A stretch of DNA of 59,030 nucleotides from a virus: positions 1 through 59,030 of the IMG/VR virus record IMGVR_UViG_3300048611_000080. One strand, given 5' to 3'. The translations under genes and the position numbers were made by a program. The notes under the pieces were generated by a model. The model worked only from the letters and a program-made list of their open reading frames with translations. It was not told the DNA's origin and did not search any database. Positions 32,944-41,414 of this stretch are shown piece by piece (the first letter of the stretch is position 1; every line of letters starts with the position of its first letter).

Positions 32944-32946
32944 ACC

Positions 32947-33393
32947 ATGTCCGAATGGCAAACAGCGACGTGTTATCGGTGCAAGATTGTCTTCGCTATC
33001 TCGATGAACCTCTATAACACCCTGGTTCGGTCAGAGGCGAATTTCTACTGCCCACACGGCCATCAGCAGCATTACACGCTTGGCCCTTCCGAGGAAGACA
33101 GGCTCCGCCAGGAACGCGACCGGCTGAAACAGCGCCTCGCTCAGAAAGATGATGAGATTGCCGCCGCATGCCGGACAATCGACGCTGAGCGCGAAAAGCG
33201 CGACCATGAGCGCCGACGCGTCTCAGCCGCCAAAGGACAGATCACCAAGCTGAAGAGGCGGGCCTCGGCCGGCATCTGTCCATGTTGCACGCGCCACTTC
33301 ACCGACCTAGAGCGGCACATGGCGTCCAAACACCCGGACTTCACGAAACAGCCCGACGCAGCCGACAATGTCGTCAAGCTGAAGACCGCCTAA
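32947..33393 (+). CDS. Zinc-finger plus coiled-coil protein
   Basis: 148 aa. CYRC...CPHGH at the N-terminus, a coiled coil, and CPCC...H...H at the C-terminus. Confidence 0.6.
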   Translation: MSEWQTATCYRCKIVFAISMNLYNTLVRSEANFYCPHGHQQHYTLGPSEEDRLRQERDRLKQRLAQKDDEIAAACRTIDAEREKRDHERRRVSAAKGQITKLKRRASAGICPCCTRHFTDLERHMASKHPDFTKQPDAADNVVKLKTA

Positions 33394-33431
33394 CCCCGGC
33401 TGTCTAGCGGGTGTGGGTTGAAGGAGAAGGA

Positions 33432-34214
33432 ATGGCGATGAGCGCGGTAGATAGAACAACAGTCGGCGTGCTTGGTGTTATCGTTGGCGCCACCTTGATG
33501 ATGTTCGTCTGCCCTTGGAGACACACTCCTCCAGCCCCGGTTGCGCCAGCCCCGATGCTATCAGAGGACGCAACGCCCCGCGATCACTACCGCGGGTTGC
33601 CGCCCCCTGAGTTTCGAGGAGAATGGGTCGGGACCGTGCGCTTCGTCGATGACGTCTCCAAGTTTTGCAGCGACAGCGCCTATGCTTGTCTTTCCGTTCA
33701 ACTGGGCCAGATCATCATGCCCAATCCATGCACTTCAGACAAGGTGGCGGAGGTCGGCTGGAGCGGCCGATCAGGCTTTCTGATGATGCTGAGGCGCGGC
33801 TCGCCATGGGATGAAGAAAACTATCGCACGACAATGTGTCATGAAATCGGCCACGCTCATGGCTGGCCGGGAAATCATTGGATCGCGGCTGAAAGCGAGA
33901 TTGCTCAGATCGAACGAGACATGATCGAATTGCTCTATGAGGATGATCAGGTGCAGGGCGGAATGCCTGAGGAGTCACTTCTCAGATGGCGGTCATTCGG
34001 AAAGGCTGGCGAGGCCGCTATCGCCCGCCTGGATGCGAGAGGCGACGTGGATAGGCGCAACACGCAAACAGGACCCGTTATCCGTCTTAGCCGGTGCAAA
34101 TACTGGAAAATGCGTCAGGAGCGTGAGGGGGACGGGGAAGAGCAATTGTCCGCTTGGGGGTGCGGCCAGTGGCTCAACGGCGATCCAAACACGATGCCCG
34201 AACATCCGCACTAA
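33432..34214 (+). CDS. Membrane-anchored or secreted HExxH zinc-metalloprotease-like protein
   Basis: N-terminal hydrophobic segment (VGVLGVIVGATLMMFV) and MCHEIGHAHGW (HEIGH at 33840-33854). The SD gaaggagaagg is identical to that of the gene at 32680. Confidence 0.58.
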   Translation: MAMSAVDRTTVGVLGVIVGATLMMFVCPWRHTPPAPVAPAPMLSEDATPRDHYRGLPPPEFRGEWVGTVRFVDDVSKFCSDSAYACLSVQLGQIIMPNPCTSDKVAEVGWSGRSGFLMMLRRGSPWDEENYRTTMCHEIGHAHGWPGNHWIAAESEIAQIERDMIELLYEDDQVQGGMPEESLLRWRSFGKAGEAAIARLDARGDVDRRNTQTGPVIRLSRCKYWKMRQEREGDGEEQLSAWGCGQWLNGDPNTMPEHPH

Positions 34215-34235
34215 CCCCCTACCTGGAGACCTGAC

Positions 34236-34712
34236 ATGGAAGAGAGCGCGGACCCCAAGGCTGTACTGTCGAGGGCTAGGGAGGCTGGCTACGCGACCTT
34301 CGATAAAGCTACAGTGAACGAAGGCCCGTTCTACCGAGAAGCCTTGAGTGAAGCCATCGACGCCTTCATGGCCGAGATCGGCAAAGAGCTAGTCCTCGTG
34401 CCGAAGCGAGGGTTTGCGGTCATCGTAAGCAACAATGATGGCGGCGTTGCTTCATATCACGGCACGCTGGACGATGCCAGAAGGTGGCTGACCGACTATC
34501 TCACTGGCGAGGATAGTGACCCGCCATTTTCGGAATGGCCAGAGGATCAGCAAAAAGAGACGATGCGTGATCTGGCTGAACTGACCGGTGAATATGTTGA
34601 AAGTGTTCGTGGCAGCCAAGCGTGGAAAGAGTGGGCGTATGTGGCGCCTGTCGACCTCGCCATGATCGAAGCCGCCTCAGGCGTTGCAGGTGAAGAAGGA
34701 ATGGAGGGGTAG
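34236..34712 (+). CDS. Hypothetical acidic protein
   Basis: 158-aa ORF. Confidence 0.58.
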   Translation: MEESADPKAVLSRAREAGYATFDKATVNEGPFYREALSEAIDAFMAEIGKELVLVPKRGFAVIVSNNDGGVASYHGTLDDARRWLTDYLTGEDSDPPFSEWPEDQQKETMRDLAELTGEYVESVRGSQAWKEWAYVAPVDLAMIEAASGVAGEEGMEG

Positions 34713-34958
34713 ATGACTGATGCTGAAAATGAACTCGCGCGGCTAACGGCTTTCCTCCATTCTAAGCGCCTGCATCCTGACTACGAGTACAGCACGACCG
34801 ATGGTCCTCGCAAAGCATTCTATGAAGACGCTCCCGAGGGCGACGGCTGGGAACGGAACATCGAGGAAGGGCGTAATGGCTGGGAGCGTTTCGACTACCA
34901 CGAAGAGGCTTACTGGCGCCGGAAGCTCCCCGCCCCTCCCCAGAAGGGAGAGGGGTAG
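34713..34958 (+). CDS. Hypothetical protein
   Basis: 81-aa ORF, directly abutting the upstream stop. Confidence 0.55.
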   Translation: MTDAENELARLTAFLHSKRLHPDYEYSTTDGPRKAFYEDAPEGDGWERNIEEGRNGWERFDYHEEAYWRRKLPAPPQKGEG

Positions 34959-35189
34959 ATGACGCCCTGGCGTGCTGGGGAAATTCTCAGCGTTACGGAA
35001 GTACTACGGCACATTCCACATATGGTTGACCGCAACTATTTTTACGAGCGTCACGAGGCGGCACGGGCACAAGAACTACCGCTTTTGGACTGCCTCGGCT
35101 ATCCTGTCACGATGCGGGAAATTGATGAGGCGCTCGATGTGCTGCTCAATGCCGCCCCGCCCGCCAACGAACCAAGGGAGGAGACGTGA
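34959..35189 (+). CDS. Hypothetical protein
   Basis: 76-aa ORF. Confidence 0.55.
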   Translation: MTPWRAGEILSVTEVLRHIPHMVDRNYFYERHEAARAQELPLLDCLGYPVTMREIDEALDVLLNAAPPANEPREET

Positions 35190-35383
35190 TGGATGCGCGG
35201 GTTGTCTTGGAAATCGCCATGTGGTTCTTGGTGGTCTGCGAACTGCTGTGCGGGGGATTTCTAGTTTTCACGGCGCGCCACGACCCCCATCCGCTCAACG
35301 TGCTACGCTACTTCGGAGTGGTTGGCGTCTGTTCAGCTCCGCTGATGGCCGCAATGATTTGGTGGACGTTTCATCTCAGCTAG
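35186..35383 (+). CDS. Two-TM small membrane protein
   Basis: 65 aa with an ATGA overlap. Confidence 0.52.
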   Translation: MMDARVVLEIAMWFLVVCELLCGGFLVFTARHDPHPLNVLRYFGVVGVCSAPLMAAMIWWTFHLS

Positions 35384-35444
35384 CCCCACCCCGCCGCCCA
35401 TAGAGCAAACAGAAGACACATAAGCGCTGCAGAGAGGAAAAGAG

Positions 35445-35636
35445 ATGGACGATGGCTGTACTTGCGATAATTGCAGACGCAAGTTTCGTGTGGATGTTGT
35501 TGTCGACGACGATCTCTGGGAGCGGATTCGACCGGCACACAAGGCTAACGGCGCCGGTCTGTTGTGTGGTCCGTGCATTCTAAGCAGTCTCGAAGACGAA
35601 CAGCAGTTCGCAGCGTTTCGTCTAATGCCGGCCTAA
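35445..35636 (+). CDS. Zinc-ribbon-like small protein
   Basis: 63 aa. CTCDNC...CGPC. Confidence 0.5.
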   Translation: MDDGCTCDNCRRKFRVDVVVDDDLWERIRPAHKANGAGLLCGPCILSSLEDEQQFAAFRLMPA

Positions 35637-35761
35637 CCCGCCATCCCGGCCCAGCTGAGCGCAGCATACCCAAGCGCAAGAAGCGCTGCAGAGAGGCAAG
35701 CGGATGCTACTATGGAGGGGAGCTTTCCGGGACGGCGGTGGTAGCGGAGGTCGAGGGACAT
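35633..35761 (-). CDS. 42-aa TM peptide (candidate)
   Basis: Manual translation: MSLDLRYHRRPGKLPSIVASACLSAALLALGYAALSWAGMAG. Directly after the 77-aa minus-strand gene. Confidence 0.33.
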   Translation of the reverse strand: MSLDLRYHRRPGKLPSIVASACLSAALLALGYAALSWAGMAG

Positions 35762-35762
35762 G

Positions 35763-35996
35763 CTAGCCGATCTTCGGGCGCAGAGGCCACATCACATGCC
35801 AAGTGAAGGCGTAGATGGCGACAAGCGAAATGGCGTCCATGAACGTACTGAGTGTGACTTCCTTGCCTTCACCGAAATCGTCGAACGGGTTGATGCCCAT
35901 GACTCTGACGCCGACGAGCCAAGTGAACAGCAGCACATAGCCGATCTGGCGGACAGCGGGCCATTGGATTTTGTTGTCCTTGTAGAGTCCGAACAT
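35763..35996 (-). CDS. 77-aa two-TM membrane protein (holin-like or exclusion-like; function unknown)
   Basis: High third-position GC in this frame. The overlapping plus-strand ORF 35760-36110 looks non-coding. Confidence 0.55.
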   Translation of the reverse strand: MFGLYKDNKIQWPAVRQIGYVLLFTWLVGVRVMGINPFDDFGEGKEVTLSTFMDAISLVAIYAFTWHVMWPLRPKIG

Positions 35997-36033
35997 GGTA
36001 TAGTCTCCGTTGCTGATAAAGGGATGAAAGACG

Positions 36034-36249
36034 ATGAGCGAGGAAGGCGGTCAGATGATGCTAGGGATTGCCATGACGACGGCGATCTTTGTGCCTTTTG
36101 CTTTCGGTAACGTCGTGGCCGCGCATAGTAAGCGCGGCTATCGCATGGACCGCTACGACCTCGCCGCACTGGCTACTGTGATAGCGGGCATGGCCGTGGT
36201 CACCTTCGGTCTTTGCGCTCTGGGCATATGGATTGAGTTCTCGCGCTAG
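36034..36249 (+). CDS. Two-TM small membrane protein
   Basis: 71-aa ORF. Confidence 0.48.
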   Translation: MSEEGGQMMLGIAMTTAIFVPFAFGNVVAAHSKRGYRMDRYDLAALATVIAGMAVVTFGLCALGIWIEFSR

Positions 36250-36306
36250 TGCGCACTCCAGCCCTTCCGGGCCATGGTATATAGTCTCCTGTGTTGAGAG
36301 GTAGAG

Positions 36307-36513
36307 ATGAACGACGACGTCATTGAAATTGAGATCAAGCACATCGACACGAGGCCGATTCCACCCTACGTCGTGAAGTTTCGCGATGGATCAGAGCGGA
36401 CGTTCTGGGAGAAGCCTTCAATGACCGCAGCCGAATGGGCCGAAGCGGTCAGCATGACGGAGACGAGGATCGAGGCGGCGCCGGACTGTAAATTCAGCGT
36501 GGGCTCGGCATAG
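36307..36513 (+). CDS. Hypothetical protein, last plus-strand gene
   Basis: 68-aa ORF. Its 3' end converges on and overlaps the o-spanin 3' end. Confidence 0.5.
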   Translation: MNDDVIEIEIKHIDTRPIPPYVVKFRDGSERTFWEKPSMTAAEWAEAVSMTETRIEAAPDCKFSVGSA

Positions 36514-36754
36514 CGCAGTAGTCCCGCCACTTCACCGCGAATGTCTCAGCATGAGCGCGCCAGAGATCGGAGGCGTCCAGCGGTATAGGCTCAGGACGGA
36601 AAAGGTCGCAATCATCGGCTTTCTGTTTCGCCACTTCGGCTTCCAGCACCGCCGTATACGATGGCATAGAGATCGGGGTCTCGTGCGCGCAGCTCGTCAG
36701 GGCTGCTAGAGACAACGTGATCGCGAGCAGTTTGCTCGGCATGGGTAACGGCAT
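36494..36754 (-). CDS. o-spanin (outer-membrane lipoprotein, Rz1-like)
   Basis: MPLPMPSKLLAITLSLAALTSC... with lipobox LTSC. SD gaggaaag. Starts inside the i-spanin gene in another frame and extends beyond it (overlapped architecture). Confidence 0.7.
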   Translation of the reverse strand: MPLPMPSKLLAITLSLAALTSCAHETPISMPSYTAVLEAEVAKQKADDCDLFRPEPIPLDASDLWRAHAETFAVKWRDYCAMPSPR

Positions 36755-36980
36755 CGGTTCTTTCCTCTGAGATTTCACGGCGCTTGGTTTCGATCTTCGC
36801 GGCTTCAATGGCGGCGCGCTCGCGCTGTTTGGCGCGCTCCTTCTCAACCGCCTCCTTGTTCTTGGCCTTGATGTACGCCTTGCCAAGAAAGATGAAGAGG
36901 ATAACGACGCCGATCCAGGTAAGGGCTTCGCGAACCGGCTTGGGAAGGCCGGTCCAGAATGCGGTGATGGCGGGGATCAT
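36612..36980 (-). CDS. i-spanin (Rz-like)
   Basis: N-terminal TM segment (ALTWIGVVILFIFLGKAYI) followed by a charged coiled coil. Start codon uncertain. Confidence 0.6.
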   Translation of the reverse strand: MIPAITAFWTGLPKPVREALTWIGVVILFIFLGKAYIKAKNKEAVEKERAKQRERAAIEAAKIETKRREISEERTDAVTHAEQTARDHVVSSSPDELRARDPDLYAIVYGGAGSRSGETESR

Positions 36981-37055
36981 GATTTGTGTCACACGAAAAA
37001 GGTAGCGTGGGCGCGCGAACGACTTAGAGTATGCGCAATCCACATGGAGCCACAC

Positions 37056-37226
37056 ATGCAAACCTACGACCGATGGAAACACCTTACCTTCCGGCTTGAT
37101 GTTGATCTTCTTGCGGCGCTCGAAGCGGCCTCAAAGCGCGAGGGTATGGAAAGATCATTCGTGATACGCAAAGCTCTGAGAGCCTACCTTAAATCTCAGG
37201 ACCGTCTTACTTCAGCGGCCTCGTAG
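37056..37226 (+). CDS. Ribbon-helix-helix (CopG/Arc/Mnt-type) protein, 56 aa, antisense to the late operon
   Basis: MQTYDRWKHLTFRLDVDLLAALEAASKREGMERSFVIRKALRAYLKSQ... has a beta-strand then two helices in the RHH pattern. SD ggag lies 7 nt upstream. Confidence 0.68.
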   Translation: MQTYDRWKHLTFRLDVDLLAALEAASKREGMERSFVIRKALRAYLKSQDRLTSAAS

Positions 37227-38424
37227 CCTTCGCCTTGCCCCACCACTCGACGAACTCGCCTGCGATCATCACGGCAAGCCCCGAGAACATCTCGGTTACG
37301 ATCGGATCAGAGACGCCGTTGAGCAGTGCAGTCGATCCGGTCTTCGCCATCCATAGACGTCCGGCGACCACGAGAAGCAGGCCCCAGAATCTCCGGCTGA
37401 GCAAAAGCGACTTGCAGTTGTCCGACCAGTCCTTGGAATTGCGGACTGCATCGACAGCGGAGGTCTGCTGCCCGACCGGAGCCGGCGGAGCTTGAATCCT
37501 CGGAGGGACCGCCGTGGGCGATGGAGTTCGGGACGGCGGCCCCTCCCCTGCCGGGTTGGACTCTACTGACTCTACGCTGGCAGGATTGGATTGGGGCGGC
37601 GGCACAGCAGGCGCGGGCGCCGGAGGACTGGGATCGACCGACGCCTCGCGCACCGCCTCGACGGGCTCCGGAGGCCGCGCAGAAGCTTCAATGGGCTCGG
37701 GTACGGGTGAGCCCCCAACAGCCTCAACCTTACCAGCGGGCTCCGGAGAGTCACTGGGGGGCATCTCAATTTTGTCGGGGTCGAACACGTAGGGTTTGGT
37801 CTTGTCCTTGCCCAGCTCGATCAGAAAGAACGCATCGGGCGTATGATTGAAGTCGATTTCGTCGTCTGCCGTGACCTTCCAGGGAAAGTTCCTCGGCTCC
37901 CAAAGAATCTGCGGGATAGGCGCTCCGGCGTAGACGCACGCCCTGCGACAGGAGCGCATGTAGATGCCCTTGTCCCGCTTGCCGGCGTTGATGTTCCAGC
38001 GTGTGAATTGCGGGATGATCGCGTCCAGGTTGTTGGGATTGAAGTTGATACGCTTGAGTAGCGTCGAGCCCAAAAAATTGTTGGCGCCATAATGGTGGAC
38101 GAAGTCGAATAGCGCATCGAACTGGGCCTGTGTCAGGTGATGATCGATCGCCGCCGAGATGACATGCTCGGTTTCTTCTGCGTCCTCATCGAACAGCCGG
38201 TCTGCTTCGGCTTGCGTGATCTGGAGGCCCTTGCAGGGTTTGCCCTGATAGAACTTTCCATCGATCAGGCCGCGAACGGGCTTGGGATTGGTGTCGGCCC
38301 TCCCGTAGCCAATGGTCCAGTGAGGCGGGTCTTGCGTGTCGAGATAGCCGTCGAGCCTGAGACCTTCGGACATCTTCGTCCGTCTTTTCTGGTCCTGACT
38401 CGCTCGCATGACCATGTCAGTCAT
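37207..38424 (-). CDS. T4-type (GH24) lysozyme with a Pro-rich linker and C-terminal membrane anchor
   Basis: SEGLRLDGYLDTQDPPHWTIGYG parallels T4 lysozyme [22 protein letters not shown] (catalytic Glu/Asp/Thr spacing). About 100 aa of Pro/Ala/Ser linker. C-terminal hydrophobic segments (FWGLLLVVAGRLW; FSGLAVMIAGEFV). Confidence 0.8.
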   Translation of the reverse strand: MTDMVMRASQDQKRRTKMSEGLRLDGYLDTQDPPHWTIGYGRADTNPKPVRGLIDGKFYQGKPCKGLQITQAEADRLFDEDAEETEHVISAAIDHHLTQAQFDALFDFVHHYGANNFLGSTLLKRINFNPNNLDAIIPQFTRWNINAGKRDKGIYMRSCRRACVYAGAPIPQILWEPRNFPWKVTADDEIDFNHTPDAFFLIELGKDKTKPYVFDPDKIEMPPSDSPEPAGKVEAVGGSPVPEPIEASARPPEPVEAVREASVDPSPPAPAPAVPPPQSNPASVESVESNPAGEGPPSRTPSPTAVPPRIQAPPAPVGQQTSAVDAVRNSKDWSDNCKSLLLSRRFWGLLLVVAGRLWMAKTGSTALLNGVSDPIVTEMFSGLAVMIAGEFVEWWGKAKATRPLK

Positions 38425-39767
38425 TCAGCGGCCTGAAGCGGACGTTTGTCATCGTCGCTTTCCTCGGTTGGCTCTTCCGGCGGTTCGGTTTCTGGCGTTT
38501 CGACGAATGGAACGAGGTCGGTTCCCGCCTCCGGCGCTTCCTCGGCCGGCGCCTCAGGCTCAGCCTCTGCGTCGACCGGCTCAGCATCGGGAGGGGATTC
38601 GGGCTCGGCCGGGTTCGTGGTCTCTTCCGGCTCGTCCTCATCAACATATTCGGCGCTCATCTCAGCGATGGCGGCTTCCACCCGCTGCCGCTCGGCGGCC
38701 TCGCGTTTGGCAAGTTCGCTCCGCATGTCCTCGATCGCCTGCTTGGCTTCAACGACCTTCTTCTTCTTCGTCTTGGTCTTGACCGCCCTTTGGGCGCCCT
38801 CTCCGAGATTGGCTTTGCGTCGGGTGAGTTCGTCGGCCTGGGCCTGCAAGTCCTTGAACGCATCGACCGAGATGTTGATCTTGCGGCTCTTCGCGTCCGC
38901 AAGGTGCATCCGGTAAAGCGCATCCGGGAGAACAATAGCGATCGAGTCAGCGACCAGCACCCAGAAGATTATGAACAGGACGCCGGCAATGTAGATCGAC
39001 CAGTCGGAGGGCTCGGCCGTCCAGGTGAAGAGCTGGGCGAGGCCGACAAACAGCGGCGACCAGTGCTCATTTGTGGCAAGGCCTGCCGCGTCATCGGTCC
39101 TCTGCTGGCCGCCTGAAGCGATCAGTTCCGTGATCTGCGCATTGATGGGAGTCTTCTCGGCTACCGCCCTGTCTTCGAGCGCGGTCCGGCGCTCGCGCAG
39201 GCCGTCGCTGCGCCTGTCGTTGGCGGCGAGCTTGTCGGTATCGAGATTGATAATCTCCTTGTTGATCGGCTCGACCGCAGCCGCAAGCTGCGTGTCGATG
39301 TCGGCCACCTGCTTGCGAAGCTGGGCCAGAAGCGCATCGTTGGTGTCGGTCCTGGCTTCTGCGACCGCCTCGACCGCATTGGCGTTGTCCCGCTTGCCCT
39401 CCAGCGCCTTGAGGCCGAAGCCGGTTGCGTGCAGGATGACGATCGCTGCAATGAACCCCCCGACGATCCTCACCGCATAGGCGTGCTTCTTCAGCCCCAT
39501 CAGCGTCAGCTTGGTGGCGAAAACCAAGAACAGCGCCGCGAAGGCGCGGAACATCCAGCCGATCTGCTGGAACCTGTCTGGGTTGACGCCCGAGCCTTCC
39601 CCGAGACCTCGGGAGAAATGCCCGTCCATCAACATCAGGTTGTAGAAGATGGTGAGGAATATGAAGTAGCCGAGGAACATGGCCCATGTGCCGGCGAACC
39701 ATTCCGCGAACTGATTTTTCAGCCAGCGCGCCGCCGAGCCCATCTCGGCCATTGTCGGGGTGCGCAT
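38421..39767 (-). CDS. Large membrane protein with a central coiled coil and an acidic Pro/Glu-rich C-terminus
   Basis: 448 aa. Four or more hydrophobic segments flank a coiled-coil region. Confidence 0.62.
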   Translation of the reverse strand: MRTPTMAEMGSAARWLKNQFAEWFAGTWAMFLGYFIFLTIFYNLMLMDGHFSRGLGEGSGVNPDRFQQIGWMFRAFAALFLVFATKLTLMGLKKHAYAVRIVGGFIAAIVILHATGFGLKALEGKRDNANAVEAVAEARTDTNDALLAQLRKQVADIDTQLAAAVEPINKEIINLDTDKLAANDRRSDGLRERRTALEDRAVAEKTPINAQITELIASGGQQRTDDAAGLATNEHWSPLFVGLAQLFTWTAEPSDWSIYIAGVLFIIFWVLVADSIAIVLPDALYRMHLADAKSRKINISVDAFKDLQAQADELTRRKANLGEGAQRAVKTKTKKKKVVEAKQAIEDMRSELAKREAAERQRVEAAIAEMSAEYVDEDEPEETTNPAEPESPPDAEPVDAEAEPEAPAEEAPEAGTDLVPFVETPETEPPEEPTEESDDDKRPLQAAE

Positions 39768-40225
39768 CAGTTGGGTATCCCAAACCGGCCGTTGGTCGCC
39801 ATGTAGATCAGGATGGCCGCAACGGTTGCGAGGCTCACCCCGCCGCCGCCGTAGGTGACGACCGGATGCCAGCCACGCCGCTCCTGCTGCGGCGTTGATG
39901 CGAGTGCCGCGATCGTGGCGTTGAGGGCGTTGATCGCCACCGTCAGCCGGCCCTCGGATTCGGTGACCGCCTTATAGATGGCGGAAGCATTTTCTTTTTC
40001 TGCGTGCTGGAATGCTCCGCGGACCTCAACGCGAAAGTCGCTGAGGCGTCCCAAAAAGTCTTCCCTCAGTTTGTCATCTCCGGCCGTTGCGTGCTCCATG
40101 AGTATGGACGCATCGTCCTTGCCAAGCTTGCCAAGCATGCGCTCATCGAGGCGTTCTATCAGCCGCTCGACTCCGCCCAAGCGATCTCGCAAGCGGTCCA
40201 TGACGCTCTTTTCATCTTCTGCCAT
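39767..40225 (-). CDS. Coiled-coil protein with a C-terminal TM anchor
   Basis: 152 aa. ...GGGGVSLATVAAILIYMATNG at the C-terminus. Confidence 0.58.
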   Translation of the reverse strand: MAEDEKSVMDRLRDRLGGVERLIERLDERMLGKLGKDDASILMEHATAGDDKLREDFLGRLSDFRVEVRGAFQHAEKENASAIYKAVTESEGRLTVAINALNATIAALASTPQQERRGWHPVVTYGGGGVSLATVAAILIYMATNGRFGIPN

Positions 40226-40257
40226 TTAGTTCCCCAGTCCTTTGCGGTGCGGATTCG

Positions 40258-40872
40258 TCAGTCCAGCCACCGGAAGCGTCGGTTGCGCTCTTCCAGATCG
40301 GTAAGCTCGGCATTTTCTTCTTCGGTCATGTCCGGCAGCGCCCGGCTTTGGGTTGGCTTCGTGCCGTCGACACGGTATTGTCTGAGCGCATTCCATCGAC
40401 GGAACATTCGCTCGGTAAACTTCTCAGGGCTCTCGTCCGGAAGCATCAGGCCGTGGAACGCGCGGGGGATGCCGGTCTCATCGGGGCCGTACTCATCGGC
40501 CGGCGGTTGCTCCGCCTCCTTCGCGGCGAGCTTTTCGGACAGTTCCGCGACCTTGGCTCGAAGCGCGTCGATGTCCTCCCCTGACAGCTTCTCCTCTCCG
40601 TCAGAAACCCCGCCCCCGGCTTCTACATGTTGGGGGGAGAGGGGGGCGGACGGCGGCGCTGGAACCTCGACGGCAGGCGCGGATACCGGCACTTCGTCTA
40701 AGTGCGCGTACCAGTCCGCGAGCGCGCCGAGCATATCTTCATGCTGAGCCAGCAGCTTCCGGTTTCCGGAGCGGATCATCCGGTACATGGCGACGTAGGC
40801 CTCCCTGCGCTCATTCCATGAGGCAATAGGCTCGCCCTTCGCCCGGCGGGGGCGTTCTGGTTGCTGGTTCAT
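40258..40872 (-). CDS. Hypothetical protein
   Basis: 204-aa ORF. Confidence 0.58.
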   Translation of the reverse strand: MNQQPERPRRAKGEPIASWNERREAYVAMYRMIRSGNRKLLAQHEDMLGALADWYAHLDEVPVSAPAVEVPAPPSAPLSPQHVEAGGGVSDGEEKLSGEDIDALRAKVAELSEKLAAKEAEQPPADEYGPDETGIPRAFHGLMLPDESPEKFTERMFRRWNALRQYRVDGTKPTQSRALPDMTEEENAELTDLEERNRRFRWLD

Positions 40873-40972
40873 GGTGAGGGTCCATACGGAAGCGGCCCCC
40901 GGCTCGGTTGAGTGGGGGCGGTGGAGAGGTTAGGTGTGTGAAATTAGTGTGGCCGTGGGATCGGAGGTCCGC

Positions 40973-41227
40973 TTAGTCGTACTTCGTCCCTTGGACTTTC
41001 CTGCAAGCCAGCATTGCGAAACGCGAAACTTTCATCTTGCTGGACTTTGTCCAATCGCAGATGGTGTAGCGGACGCTCTCGACGACCCACAGTTGGCCGT
41101 TGGCGTCAAGTTCCTCTCCGACACGCGGAACACTCGGCATCATCGCTTTTAGGACAATTCTCCCGACGGTCTGCGGATTCGCGTCCTCGCCGTCCTCAGC
41201 CTCTATGGTCCAAAGAAAATCAGCCAT
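40973..41227 (-). CDS. Hypothetical protein
   Basis: Internal ATG (MADFLWTIEAEDGEDANPQ...) of ORF 40973-41377. 8-nt overlap with the upstream ORF. Confidence 0.5.
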   Translation of the reverse strand: MADFLWTIEAEDGEDANPQTVGRIVLKAMMPSVPRVGEELDANGQLWVVESVRYTICDWTKSSKMKVSRFAMLACRKVQGTKYD

Positions 41228-41414
41228 CGGATCCGTCACTGGCCGAGCTGAGGAAGATGTTGTCTTTGAAGACTGGGCCGGGTTTCCGCCAGAACTGCCA
41301 CCAGTGTTTGCGGAAACCCGGCCGCATGTCGATCCGGAACCCACTGCCCGTGCAGTTTTTGATTTGCACTTCATCACATTTGATGAAGCTGATACCGCTG
41401 TCTTCGTTGCTCAT
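41220..41414 (-). CDS. Hypothetical protein
   Basis: 64-aa ORF, ATGA-coupled upstream. Confidence 0.5.
   Translation of the reverse strand: MSNEDSGISFIKCDEVQIKNCTGSGFRIDMRPGFRKHWWQFWRKPGPVFKDNIFLSSASDGSDG

Noticed and set aside
32665-33436. Near-identical 15-nt segment ttgaaggagaaggaa upstream of two genes (32665 and 33417).
   Set aside because: Most simply a shared strong Shine-Dalgarno region. Too short to call a repeat element. Mentioned only under the metalloprotease finding.
8411-37044. Scattered DnaA-box-like nonamers (xxATCCACA or reverse), for example near 8413, 11093, 28325, 32292 and 37036.
   Set aside because: Single, dispersed, imperfect matches with no clustering near the replication genes. 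Compatible with chance.
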